64,000 nucleotides of DNA from an uncultured Acidibacter sp. (GTDB taxonomy: Bacteria > Pseudomonadota > Gammaproteobacteria > Steroidobacterales > Steroidobacteraceae): contig CAZSRB010000002.1 in assembly GCA_964609065.1 (NCBI GenBank), positions 27,084 to 91,083 of the forward strand, written 5' to 3'. The notes under the pieces were generated by a model. It ran no database searches. It was given only the letters and a program-made list of their open reading frames with translations, and was not told the DNA's origin. The position numbers were made by a program, and so were the translations under genes. The first letter of the stretch is position 1; each line of letters begins with the position of its first letter. Shown one piece after another: positions 27,654 to 35,814 of this stretch.

Positions 27654-28714
27654 TTAGTCGATCCCGCATCGTCCGCACGGAAATGGGGCAGCACCTCACG
27701 CGCGTAGAGCTCAGCTTGATCAACCATGGCCGACTGACGCGCACCATGAGGATGGGGAACCGGTGAACCTCCGAGTTGATAGACATGGTCAAGACCCATA
27801 TCGAGCAACACCTCGAGTCGATCGCGACATTTTTTGGGCGGCCCACAAATCGAGAACCAATCAACGAATTCATCCGGGACTTGCTGCAAGTGCTTACCAC
27901 TCTCTCGTGCATGTTGAGCCATGTCATAGCCTTGCTGCATGTGAGCCGCCAATGATTTGAGCTGCGGCGGTAAATGTTCAAGCGAGGCATTTTTCATACC
28001 TGCAAAATGCGCCACCATGCCAGAGATCATCCGCCCCAAATTAATGGCGCGTGACTCATCCTCATCACACACTAAATTCACGTAAGCACCAATCTGTAAG
28101 GACTCGCGGGGACGCCCCGTCTCGGCTAAGCGCGCGAGAGCCACATCCATCGCCCATCGAACGCGCTCAGGGGCGCTACCGACCGCGAAGCTCACCCGAT
28201 CCGCCACATCCACCGCCATACGAATAGTCTGCGGTCCTGTGCACGCGACATCGACGGGTACCGGATCCACGGTCACAGAATCAAACCAACGCATGCGCGA
28301 GTCCACCCCATGGCGCGAGACGGTCTCGCCACGGCTATAGGCCTGCAGCTGTTGGACGAATTGGCGTAACTCACCCGTCTTCGCGTTATCGCGCCCGATA
28401 TGTGCCGCCGATGAATCGCCTCGTCCAATCCCGCAGAGCATGCGCCCCTGAGACTCTGCTTGGAGCGTCGCAAACGCGCAGGCTGTTACCGCCACATCGC
28501 GAGTGATGGGGTTCGTGACCCCTGTCCCTAATTTGAGTCGTTGGGTCGTGGCGGTCGCCAGCGCCAATTGACTGAAAGGATCGGGACTAAGATTTTGGGT
28601 ATCCGGACAGAGCAAAATATCAAAGCCCAAGGCTTCGACACGCGCGGCAAGGGTCGCCGTATATCCGGGCGACGCTTCCATCACGACACCAAATTCAACT
28701 TTCCGCTCGCTCAT
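27650..28714 (-). CDS. Luciferase-like (LLM-class) flavin-dependent oxidoreductase
   Basis: LLM pattern (KVEFGVVME.., GIGRGDS). Start set at ATG 28714 with GAGG 8 nt upstream. The longer ORF-track N-terminus is not LLM-like. Confidence 0.82.
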   Translation of the reverse strand: MSERKVEFGVVMEASPGYTATLAARVEALGFDILLCPDTQNLSPDPFSQLALATATTQRLKLGTGVTNPITRDVAVTACAFATLQAESQGRMLCGIGRGDSSAAHIGRDNAKTGELRQFVQQLQAYSRGETVSRHGVDSRMRWFDSVTVDPVPVDVACTGPQTIRMAVDVADRVSFAVGSAPERVRWAMDVALARLAETGRPRESLQIGAYVNLVCDEDESRAINLGRMISGMVAHFAGMKNASLEHLPPQLKSLAAHMQQGYDMAQHARESGKHLQQVPDEFVDWFSICGPPKKCRDRLEVLLDMGLDHVYQLGGSPVPHPHGARQSAMVDQAELYAREVLPHFRADDAGSTK

Positions 28715-28888
28715 ATCGGGAACCTCGAGGCCATTGGCAGCGTCCAACCAGCTGGGGTCTAGTTCGGACTGACTGAGTACGACAGTGTGAGTGTGCGCAC
28801 GCATTCCGCTCGCTTGAGAGTGTAACGTGTACGTAAAACCGTTAGCATTAATCAATAGACTATTTGGGTTTACACGGAGCCTGTATAT

Positions 28889-29464
28889 ATGAATCGTCTC
28901 GCTCTACTAACCTTAGCCACACTCGCTTGGCTGGGCGCAGGTTCCACTGCGCACGCCGATGAGTTCGACGCCACGATCGAGCTCTTTGAAAACGCGGGTG
29001 AGAGTGGTGAGTTTTTTGACAAAAGCTACGCCTATGCCGTCTTTCCAACCGTGGGTAAGGGCGGCCTAGTGGTCGGTGGCGCCCACGGTGTGGGTCGAGT
29101 GTATGAGCGCGGACGCTATGTGGGTGACATCACCCTGACTCAGCTCAGTGTGGGCTTCCAAGCGGGCGGTCAGGCTTATAGCCAGATCGTATTCATGCAG
29201 GATCTACGGGCATTCAAAGAATTCACCTCGGGTGAGTTCGGCTTCGGCGCGGGCGTCAGCGCTGTGGCTATCACTGCGGGTGCGAACGCGATGGCGAGCA
29301 CCACCGGCTCGAGCGCCAGCGTGAGTGGCGGCAAAAAAGACGCCAAAACCGCCGGTGAGTTTTACAAAGGCATGGCCGTCTTCACGATTGCCAAAGGCGG
29401 GTTGATGTACGAAGCCTCGCTCGCAGGCCAAAAATTTAACTACAAGCCGTTAGCGACCGAGTAG
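28889..29464 (+). CDS. Secreted SYLF (Ysc84/DUF500) lipid-binding domain protein
   Basis: Signal peptide ..STAHA-DE. SYLF core is FPTVGKGGLVVGGAHGVGRVY ... QLSVGFQAGGQAYSQIVF. Confidence 0.85.
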   Translation: MNRLALLTLATLAWLGAGSTAHADEFDATIELFENAGESGEFFDKSYAYAVFPTVGKGGLVVGGAHGVGRVYERGRYVGDITLTQLSVGFQAGGQAYSQIVFMQDLRAFKEFTSGEFGFGAGVSAVAITAGANAMASTTGSSASVSGGKKDAKTAGEFYKGMAVFTIAKGGLMYEASLAGQKFNYKPLATE

Positions 29465-29473
29465 TCGCGCTCT

Positions 29474-29523
29474 GTGATCGGGCGCCTACCCCGCTGCCTA
29501 TGCAGCAGGGAGGCGTCGATCAC
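29474..29523. repeat. Long imperfect palindrome between convergent genes
   Basis: GTGATCG..CGCCT..CCC.GCTGC CTAT GCAGC.GGG.AGGCG..CGATCAC, about 21 bp pairable with bulges. No U-tract on either strand. Confidence 0.45.
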
Positions 29524-29529
29524 ACGCTG

Positions 29530-29553
29530 CCTCAGCGCCTCAGCGCCTCAGCG
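29530..29553. repeat. 3 x 8-bp tandem repeat CCTCAGCG
   Basis: Exact triple repeat. On the minus strand each unit carries TGA, so stops fall in all three frames, and the unit at 29546-29553 provides the M20 gene stop. Confidence 0.8.
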
Positions 29554-31020
29554 ACGATAATCCAGCGGTGGCGCGCGATCGCCTACCACCGAGACATATT
29601 GAAAGCCCGGCCCACGACGCTGTTCGAATTCTGCCTTGGCTGCCTCCCGCAGAGCCGGGTCCAAAAAGAGCCGCTCCGCCGTGAGCGCCAAGATTTTGCT
29701 CGCGTTCTCCATACCCTTGAGGCCAATACTCATGCCCCCTGCGGCGACCGCCTGCCATGAATGCGCAGCGGTTCCCGCTACCCAGGTCGCGGTTCGAAAC
29801 CCGATCGTCGGCACGGTCCAACTGACGTCACCCACATCGGTTGAGCCATAGCTCCCACGGCTACCTGCTGGCTGAATTTCGCGCTCGGAACCCAAGGCCA
29901 AATCCGGCTTATCAAAGGTCTGATACAGCGTCTCGGCAAAAGCCTGTTCCTCGACATCGTAGGTGACTCCACCGACTTGACTCAGCGCGCTCTCCACCAC
30001 CTGCGCGAGGACATCATTGGGCAGCAGACTATATGCGCCATGGATCACTTCGTGTTCGACCCGCGTACCCGTGCCGAGCGCCGCAGCTTCAGACGTTTTG
30101 ACGACTCGGTCAAAGATTTCAGCCATGACCACCGGGTTACGGTGTCGCACGTAGTAAAACACCTCGGCGAATTCCGGCACCACATTCGGGGCATCACCCC
30201 CTTTGGTAATGATGTAGTGAATGCGCGCATCCTGCGGTACGTGCTCGCGCATGAGATTGGTCATGAAGTTCATCGCCTCGACTCCATCGAGAGCCGAGCG
30301 ACCCCGATCCGGCGCCCCGGCCGCGTGCGCTGCTGTGCCGTAAAAGCGAAACTTCGCGCTTTTATTTGAGAGCGTGGGCTCATTCGTGACAATGTTGCGA
30401 TCACCCGCATGCCAATGCAGCGCCACATCCACATCATCAAATAAGCCTGCACGCACGAGATACGCCTTACCGGCGCCGCCCTCTTCTGCGGGCGTGCCAT
30501 AAAGCCGGATGGTGCCTCGCTGCCCCGTCCCCTCTAACCATTGCTTGATCGCGATCGCAGCGGAAGTCGAACCCGCACCAAATAAATGATGTCCGCAGGC
30601 ATGACCTGAAATCCGGCCGCGTAAAGGCTGGCGCACCGGTACGGCAGCCTGAGATACGCCAGGCAGCGCATCCATTTCTGCGAGAATCGCAATGACCGGC
30701 TCACCTGAGCCGTATTCGGCCACAAAGGCAGTCGGCATATCTGCGACGCCCGCTTTGATACCAAACCCGGCGGCGGATAGTTCCGCTTGCAGGCGCGCGC
30801 TCGATTGAGTCTCCTGGTAACCCACCTCAGCCCACCGCCAAAGATCAAGCGCCACCGCTTGATCTGTAGCACGACGCGCCTCAATACGCTCCAAGAGCGA
30901 TACCTCCGCCCTCACCTCTGCAGCTATCGCCAGGAGACATAGCGATATAACGAGTCCGCCTACATATCCCATATGCCGCACACACCCTCGCTGAAGGCCG
31001 ATTATTTTTTCTTTGTTCAC
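29548..31020 (-). CDS. M20-family amidohydrolase (AbgB-like), with N-terminal signal peptide
   Basis: Motifs HACGHH and GTPAEEGGAGK, with AbgB-like length. Hydrophobic leader is GGLVISLCLLAIAAEVRA. Start is GTG 31020 (GTGA overlap with the upstream stop) or ATG 30972. Confidence 0.85.
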   Translation of the reverse strand: MNKEKIIGLQRGCVRHMGYVGGLVISLCLLAIAAEVRAEVSLLERIEARRATDQAVALDLWRWAEVGYQETQSSARLQAELSAAGFGIKAGVADMPTAFVAEYGSGEPVIAILAEMDALPGVSQAAVPVRQPLRGRISGHACGHHLFGAGSTSAAIAIKQWLEGTGQRGTIRLYGTPAEEGGAGKAYLVRAGLFDDVDVALHWHAGDRNIVTNEPTLSNKSAKFRFYGTAAHAAGAPDRGRSALDGVEAMNFMTNLMREHVPQDARIHYIITKGGDAPNVVPEFAEVFYYVRHRNPVVMAEIFDRVVKTSEAAALGTGTRVEHEVIHGAYSLLPNDVLAQVVESALSQVGGVTYDVEEQAFAETLYQTFDKPDLALGSEREIQPAGSRGSYGSTDVGDVSWTVPTIGFRTATWVAGTAAHSWQAVAAGGMSIGLKGMENASKILALTAERLFLDPALREAAKAEFEQRRGPGFQYVSVVGDRAPPLDYRR

Positions 31021-31553
31021 GCTTCCGAGTCCGTTTTTGCATGGCTAACTGACGACATACCGATCGATTGACTACCCATCACTTTGATAATGACCCATGG
31101 CGGTCCAATCATGAGATAAACCAAATCAGTCAAAAAACTAGGCCGCTTACCTTCCACGTAATGACCCATGAATTGACCCACCCAAGCAATGAGAAATACC
31201 CCAAGCGCTAACCCAAAGAGCCCGCCAGTGCCGAGCTCTGCGCGTAATAACGCCGCCGAAACCAAGCATGCCACTAACACGACAGCCATTATCAGCGCTA
31301 AACGCCAAGGCAGTAGCCACACCCAAAAACCAAGAGCCAGTGCCGACGCCCCCCAAGCGATTACACTGATCTCGAAGCTTGCACCCAACACCCCCAGCGG
31401 GATGAGTGACAATAAAACCACCAACGACCAAAGAATCGCCGGCACACACCATTGATGCAGGCGCTGGTTGAGCGGATGCTGATGATCAGCCGAGTACGCC
31501 GCAAACCAATGCTGGGCATGGCTGTGAGAAGAACTAGTGCTTGAGTGCGGCAT
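31017..31553 (-). CDS. DUF962 / Mpo1-like membrane protein
   Basis: YSADHQHPLNQRLHQWCVP N-terminal His motif and a later HY..EGKRP, with 4 TM segments. Start ATG 31553 lies 20 nt inside the upstream PLP-enzyme gene. Confidence 0.75.
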   Translation of the reverse strand: MPHSSTSSSHSHAQHWFAAYSADHQHPLNQRLHQWCVPAILWSLVVLLSLIPLGVLGASFEISVIAWGASALALGFWVWLLPWRLALIMAVVLVACLVSAALLRAELGTGGLFGLALGVFLIAWVGQFMGHYVEGKRPSFLTDLVYLMIGPPWVIIKVMGSQSIGMSSVSHAKTDSEA

Positions 31554-32766
31554 GGTACCCACGCTCCAGTTGCTGCAAACGATCGTCGAGCGCACCAGTG
31601 TACCCGACTGATAAGCGCACTAGACCTGGGCTGATCCCCGCCCGCTTAAGGGATTCGGCATCTAACTCGCTCGAGGTACTCGATGCGCTGGCACTCATCA
31701 ACGTATCGCTAAAGCCGAGGCTGACGGCCATATAGCCGAAATCCTCAATATTCTGCAGGTGCTCCATGAAGGCGTTGGCACGTTGCGCACTGCCTAAATC
31801 CACTGCGAGTAACCCCCCAGCCCCGTACCCTGGATTCGCGAGCGCTCGATAACGCGCATGATCGGGATGTGAAGCAAGCCCTGGATAGATAACCTTTGCC
31901 CCTAAGGCTTCAAGGCACTGCGCATAGGCGAGCGCCCGTCGTGCATGCTCGCTCATCCGCAATCCCAAATTTGGCAAGCGCGTCGCGACCTCATACGCTG
32001 CGCGCGGATCCATCGCAGGACCCAAGAGCATCAAACTCCCGAGATGTAAATCATACAATCGATCAATGAATTCACCACTGGCACATACACAACCCGCGAC
32101 AATATCTGAGGCGCCATTGATAAACTTTGTCAGGCTGTGTACCACCACATCGGCGCCATGGATCGCAGGGGTCATCATGAGAGGCGCAAACGTGTTATCG
32201 ACAATCAGTAGCGCACCGCGCTCGTGAGCAAAAGTCGCAAGCCGCGGTAAGTCCGCTAAGCGCAAAGTAGGATTCGACAGCGTCTCACAATAGAGCACGC
32301 GGGTATTGGGGCGCCAGGCTGCCGCTAACGCGGACTCATCATCGAGATCCACGCAGGTCGTCTGGATGCCCGCCTTACGGGGCAGGTAATCATTGAGTAA
32401 CGCCCAGGTACCGCCGTAGAGCGCCGCACTCGCAACGATGTGATCCCCCGTGTCGCAAGCCTGCAATAAGACGCCGGAAATGGCCGCCATCCCGCTCGCG
32501 GTGCAATAGGCGCTTCCCGTCGCTTCGATCGCAGCGAGGTGCCGCGCCAACACCAACACGGTCGGATTAAAGTGCCGACCATACAAAAAGCACCCGCCTT
32601 GAGGGCCCTGCCGGCCTTCAAAGATCTCAGGCATTTTGCCGGCCTCAAGAACGGTGAACGTCGCGCTGGTTTCGATCGACAGATTGATCCCCCCGTGCTC
32701 GCCAAACTCGTGGCGCGAGCGCGCCAATCGAGCCATGGGGTCGGCAGGCTGCTGCACATCCGTCAT
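31534..32766 (-). CDS. Cys/Met-metabolism PLP-dependent enzyme (methionine gamma-lyase / cystathionine gamma-synthase family)
   Basis: PLP-lysine motif SLTKFINGASD, YGRHFNPT and ETLSNPTL. Substrate specificity cannot be read from the sequence. Confidence 0.88.
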   Translation of the reverse strand: MTDVQQPADPMARLARSRHEFGEHGGINLSIETSATFTVLEAGKMPEIFEGRQGPQGGCFLYGRHFNPTVLVLARHLAAIEATGSAYCTASGMAAISGVLLQACDTGDHIVASAALYGGTWALLNDYLPRKAGIQTTCVDLDDESALAAAWRPNTRVLYCETLSNPTLRLADLPRLATFAHERGALLIVDNTFAPLMMTPAIHGADVVVHSLTKFINGASDIVAGCVCASGEFIDRLYDLHLGSLMLLGPAMDPRAAYEVATRLPNLGLRMSEHARRALAYAQCLEALGAKVIYPGLASHPDHARYRALANPGYGAGGLLAVDLGSAQRANAFMEHLQNIEDFGYMAVSLGFSDTLMSASASSTSSELDAESLKRAGISPGLVRLSVGYTGALDDRLQQLERGYHAALKH

Positions 32767-32804
32767 ACACCACCTCCGTCATTCCGGTTTAGTATCGTGC
32801 CACC

Positions 32805-34133
32805 ATGAATACCCCCCGCAACGACGTCAATAGCACTCGTCCCACGGATAACGCCTCCCCCTCGGGCGGCTCGTCACTACCTGCCGCCTGGCTGAGTATT
32901 TTTCTCTTCAGCCTATTTGCCTGGACCATGAGTAATCTGGACCAGTCGCTATTTGGTTATGCGATCCCAGGGATTTTGGGCGAGTTTTCAGTGGGTCTCG
33001 ATGTCGTTGGCCTGATCCTGACGGTCGGCTTTATCGCAGCCGCGTTCATGGTCGTCTTGGCAGGGCTTGCCGCCGATACCTGGGGTCGTCGCTGGACACT
33101 AACGGCGCTTCTTGCGCTATCAGCACTCTTTGTGGGTCTGCATGGTTTCGTAGAGGACCTCAGCCAGCTGACTTGGCTACGTGCCCTCGCCTTTGGCTTG
33201 GCCGCAGGACTCGCGCCGATTACCTCGGCCTTTGTGGCTGAATCGGCACCTGCCCGACACCGAGGCATGCTGATGGGTGTGCTGCAGTGTGGCTATCCAC
33301 TCGGTTGGTTTTTGGCCGCGATGCTCGCCGCACCCCTTCTCGAAACCAGCGGTTGGCGCAGTATTTTTTTCATTGGCTTTGCTGTGGTACCGATCGCTTT
33401 TTTCATCGGTTGGCGTTTACCCGAGAGTCGCCGCTTTGAGCAAAAGGTCAGTGATCGCGGACAGGCGAAAGCCGCCGCACTCGATTGGGGGTTGCTAAAA
33501 GAGTTATTCACGCCGACGTACCGTCGTCGCTCTATTGCGTCGATTGTGCTCTTTTTGAGTTTTGGCTGTGCTTACGCCGGCACCGCATTTTTCTTTCCAA
33601 CTTATTTCATTGAAGTCCGCGGCTATAGCCCAGCGGAAGCCACACAGCTTGTTGGATTCTCCAATGGCATTGCCATCGTCGGCTATCTAGCCGCCGCTTG
33701 GGTAGGCGAATATCGACTACCGCGTCGCGATACATTCGCCCTGTGGACCGTACTGGGCGCAATCGCGTTAATCGCCTTGATGTGGTTGCCTGAGACGCGC
33801 TGGCAGGATCTGGCGCTCTTTGGGCTCACAGGTGCGTTTTTCTATGGCAGTAATGCCGTGGTTGGCGCTTTACTGACCGAGCTCTACCCGACTCGTATGC
33901 GTACCACCGCTTATGCGCTCTGCGGCTCGGCGCCACTCAGCACGGGGTTTGCGATTTATCCGGCGCTCGTGCCACTTGCCGTACAGGGCTTTGGCTGGCA
34001 GTGGAGCTTTACCGTGATGATCGCACCGCTCCTGCTGGTCTCCGCACTCGCAGCGCTGGTGTTACCGCGTGTACTCTCGGGTAGCGATGTGGATGCAGCC
34101 GCAGAGGCAGGGAACGACTCAACCGTGCGTTGA
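32805..34133 (+). CDS. MFS transporter (12 TM)
   Basis: MFS motif A GLAADTWGRRW and 12 hydrophobic segments. It is divergent from the PLP-enzyme operon across a 38-bp gap. Confidence 0.85.
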   Translation: MNTPRNDVNSTRPTDNASPSGGSSLPAAWLSIFLFSLFAWTMSNLDQSLFGYAIPGILGEFSVGLDVVGLILTVGFIAAAFMVVLAGLAADTWGRRWTLTALLALSALFVGLHGFVEDLSQLTWLRALAFGLAAGLAPITSAFVAESAPARHRGMLMGVLQCGYPLGWFLAAMLAAPLLETSGWRSIFFIGFAVVPIAFFIGWRLPESRRFEQKVSDRGQAKAAALDWGLLKELFTPTYRRRSIASIVLFLSFGCAYAGTAFFFPTYFIEVRGYSPAEATQLVGFSNGIAIVGYLAAAWVGEYRLPRRDTFALWTVLGAIALIALMWLPETRWQDLALFGLTGAFFYGSNAVVGALLTELYPTRMRTTAYALCGSAPLSTGFAIYPALVPLAVQGFGWQWSFTVMIAPLLLVSALAALVLPRVLSGSDVDAAAEAGNDSTVR

Positions 34134-35789
34134 AGTGTCATCCAGCGGCTCAACACGCTGCGCGACTGAACCGAGTGGCTCTGAACCTGCCGGACGCTCG
34201 ATAAGCCGTCTGGGCGCGCCGCGCTCATCCTCCACTAATTCTTTGAGCTGCTCGCGAATTTGCTGATCTCCGAGTGTGGGGCGCGTCAGTCGGCGTTGAT
34301 AATCGGTCCAAGTGGGGCTTTCAAAGCGCTCTAACCATAAGTGAGGTCGGTCAAGATCTTGGCAGACCGACCAACGACGCGCACCGTCACGACGACGAAT
34401 CCGACCTAATTCATTGATGATGCGTAGAAAATCGCTGGCTCTCCCAGCTTTCACGCGGTACTCAATCGTGACCACGATGGGCCCTGAGGCTGGATCCAGT
34501 GCCACGGCAGGCGGCCCCAGCCCCGTCATCCCATGCGGATCCAAGGAGCCCGCCTGTGCAATCGACACTGGTAACCATCTCGCCACCAACAAGGTGGTCA
34601 AAGAAAAAAGACCCGCGATCGCCATGCCCTCGCGTAACCCCGTCACCACGGCGACTTCGCCCCAGACCCAAGCGCCGACCGCCATCCCGGCAAAGGCAAA
34701 GGTTTGATAGAGAGCAAGCGTTCGCCCCGTCACCCAGCGCGGTGAAGATAACTGCACGGCAATATTGAAATTTGCCAGTCCCAGCGTCCAAGTGGCGCCA
34801 CATACCACGTGCGAAAGCAAAGTGAGCCAAGCGTAAGGGCTCACGGAAATCGTTAGCATCGAAAGGGATGCCACGGCACAAAGATTTCTCAATAAACGAT
34901 CGCTGGAGTAACGGGCGCGAAGAGCCGCACTCGATAGCGCCCCCATCATGGCGCCGACCCCGAATCCACCCAATAAAATGCCGTAGGTTGGCGCGCCACC
35001 GCCGAGCAAATCTCGGGCGACCACGGGCATCAAGGCAGGTACCGCGGAGATCGGTACCGCAAACAACACGGCGCGTAGCAAAATCGCTTCGATATGCGGT
35101 GATAGACGGACGTAACGAATGCCCGTGGCAATCGCCGAGCCCAGCGGCTCGGGCGGTAAATGCGAACCGGAGCTCGGACTGCGCCACCAATAAAGCGTCG
35201 CGAGCATACCGATGTAGGAGAACGCATTGATCACGAACGCAGCCGCGGCACCCGCTGCCGCGACAATCAACCCGCCTAGGGCGGGGCCCACGCTCCGTGC
35301 GAGATTGAACCCCATGGCGTTCGCCATGACGGCCGCTGCGATCTCCTTACGTGGTACCTGATCGGCAATGGCCGCTTGCCATGCCGGCGCAAAGGCAGCC
35401 GTCCCACAGCCAATCAAAAAGGTCATCAATAACAAGACCTGGGGTGTCACCGCGTCCAGTAAGGCAAGCGCTGCCAAGACTCCCGAGGCGATGAACATTA
35501 ACCAAATGGACGCGAGCATGACGAGGCGCCGATCGTGGGTATCGGCGAACGCCCCAGCGATGAGCGACAAGAAGAAAAAGGGCAGTGCCCCGGCGGTCTG
35601 GACGAGTGCCACCATGTTGGCCGACGGCGCAATGGTTGCCATGAGCCAAGAGGCACCGACGGTTTGAATCAAACTACCGAATGACGAAATCAGCGATGCC
35701 CACCAAAAGAGGGCAAATACGCGATGCTGGAACGGGGCTAGCGTGGTGTCACGCCATTGCGCGAAACGAGAGGACGATGCGGCAGTCAT
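34119..35789 (-). CDS. MFS transporter (EntS/MFS_3-like) with a roughly 120-aa soluble C-terminal domain
   Basis: Motif A GAFADTHDRR and 12 TM segments, then VVTIEYRVKAGRASDFL..RRRDGARRWSVCQDLDRPHLWLERFESPTWTDYQRR, which looks like an ABM/Dabb fold. Confidence 0.85.
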   Translation of the reverse strand: MTAASSSRFAQWRDTTLAPFQHRVFALFWWASLISSFGSLIQTVGASWLMATIAPSANMVALVQTAGALPFFFLSLIAGAFADTHDRRLVMLASIWLMFIASGVLAALALLDAVTPQVLLLMTFLIGCGTAAFAPAWQAAIADQVPRKEIAAAVMANAMGFNLARSVGPALGGLIVAAAGAAAAFVINAFSYIGMLATLYWWRSPSSGSHLPPEPLGSAIATGIRYVRLSPHIEAILLRAVLFAVPISAVPALMPVVARDLLGGGAPTYGILLGGFGVGAMMGALSSAALRARYSSDRLLRNLCAVASLSMLTISVSPYAWLTLLSHVVCGATWTLGLANFNIAVQLSSPRWVTGRTLALYQTFAFAGMAVGAWVWGEVAVVTGLREGMAIAGLFSLTTLLVARWLPVSIAQAGSLDPHGMTGLGPPAVALDPASGPIVVTIEYRVKAGRASDFLRIINELGRIRRRDGARRWSVCQDLDRPHLWLERFESPTWTDYQRRLTRPTLGDQQIREQLKELVEDERGAPRRLIERPAGSEPLGSVAQRVEPLDDTSTHG

Positions 35790-35814
35790 AAAGCCGTAAC
35801 GGTATCATGCGGCG

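Noticed and set aside
28715-28855. 47-residue N-terminal extension of the LLM oxidoreductase
   Set aside because: It is not LLM-like. ATG 28714 is preceded by GAGG at ideal spacing, and family members start close to the (K)VEFGV strand.
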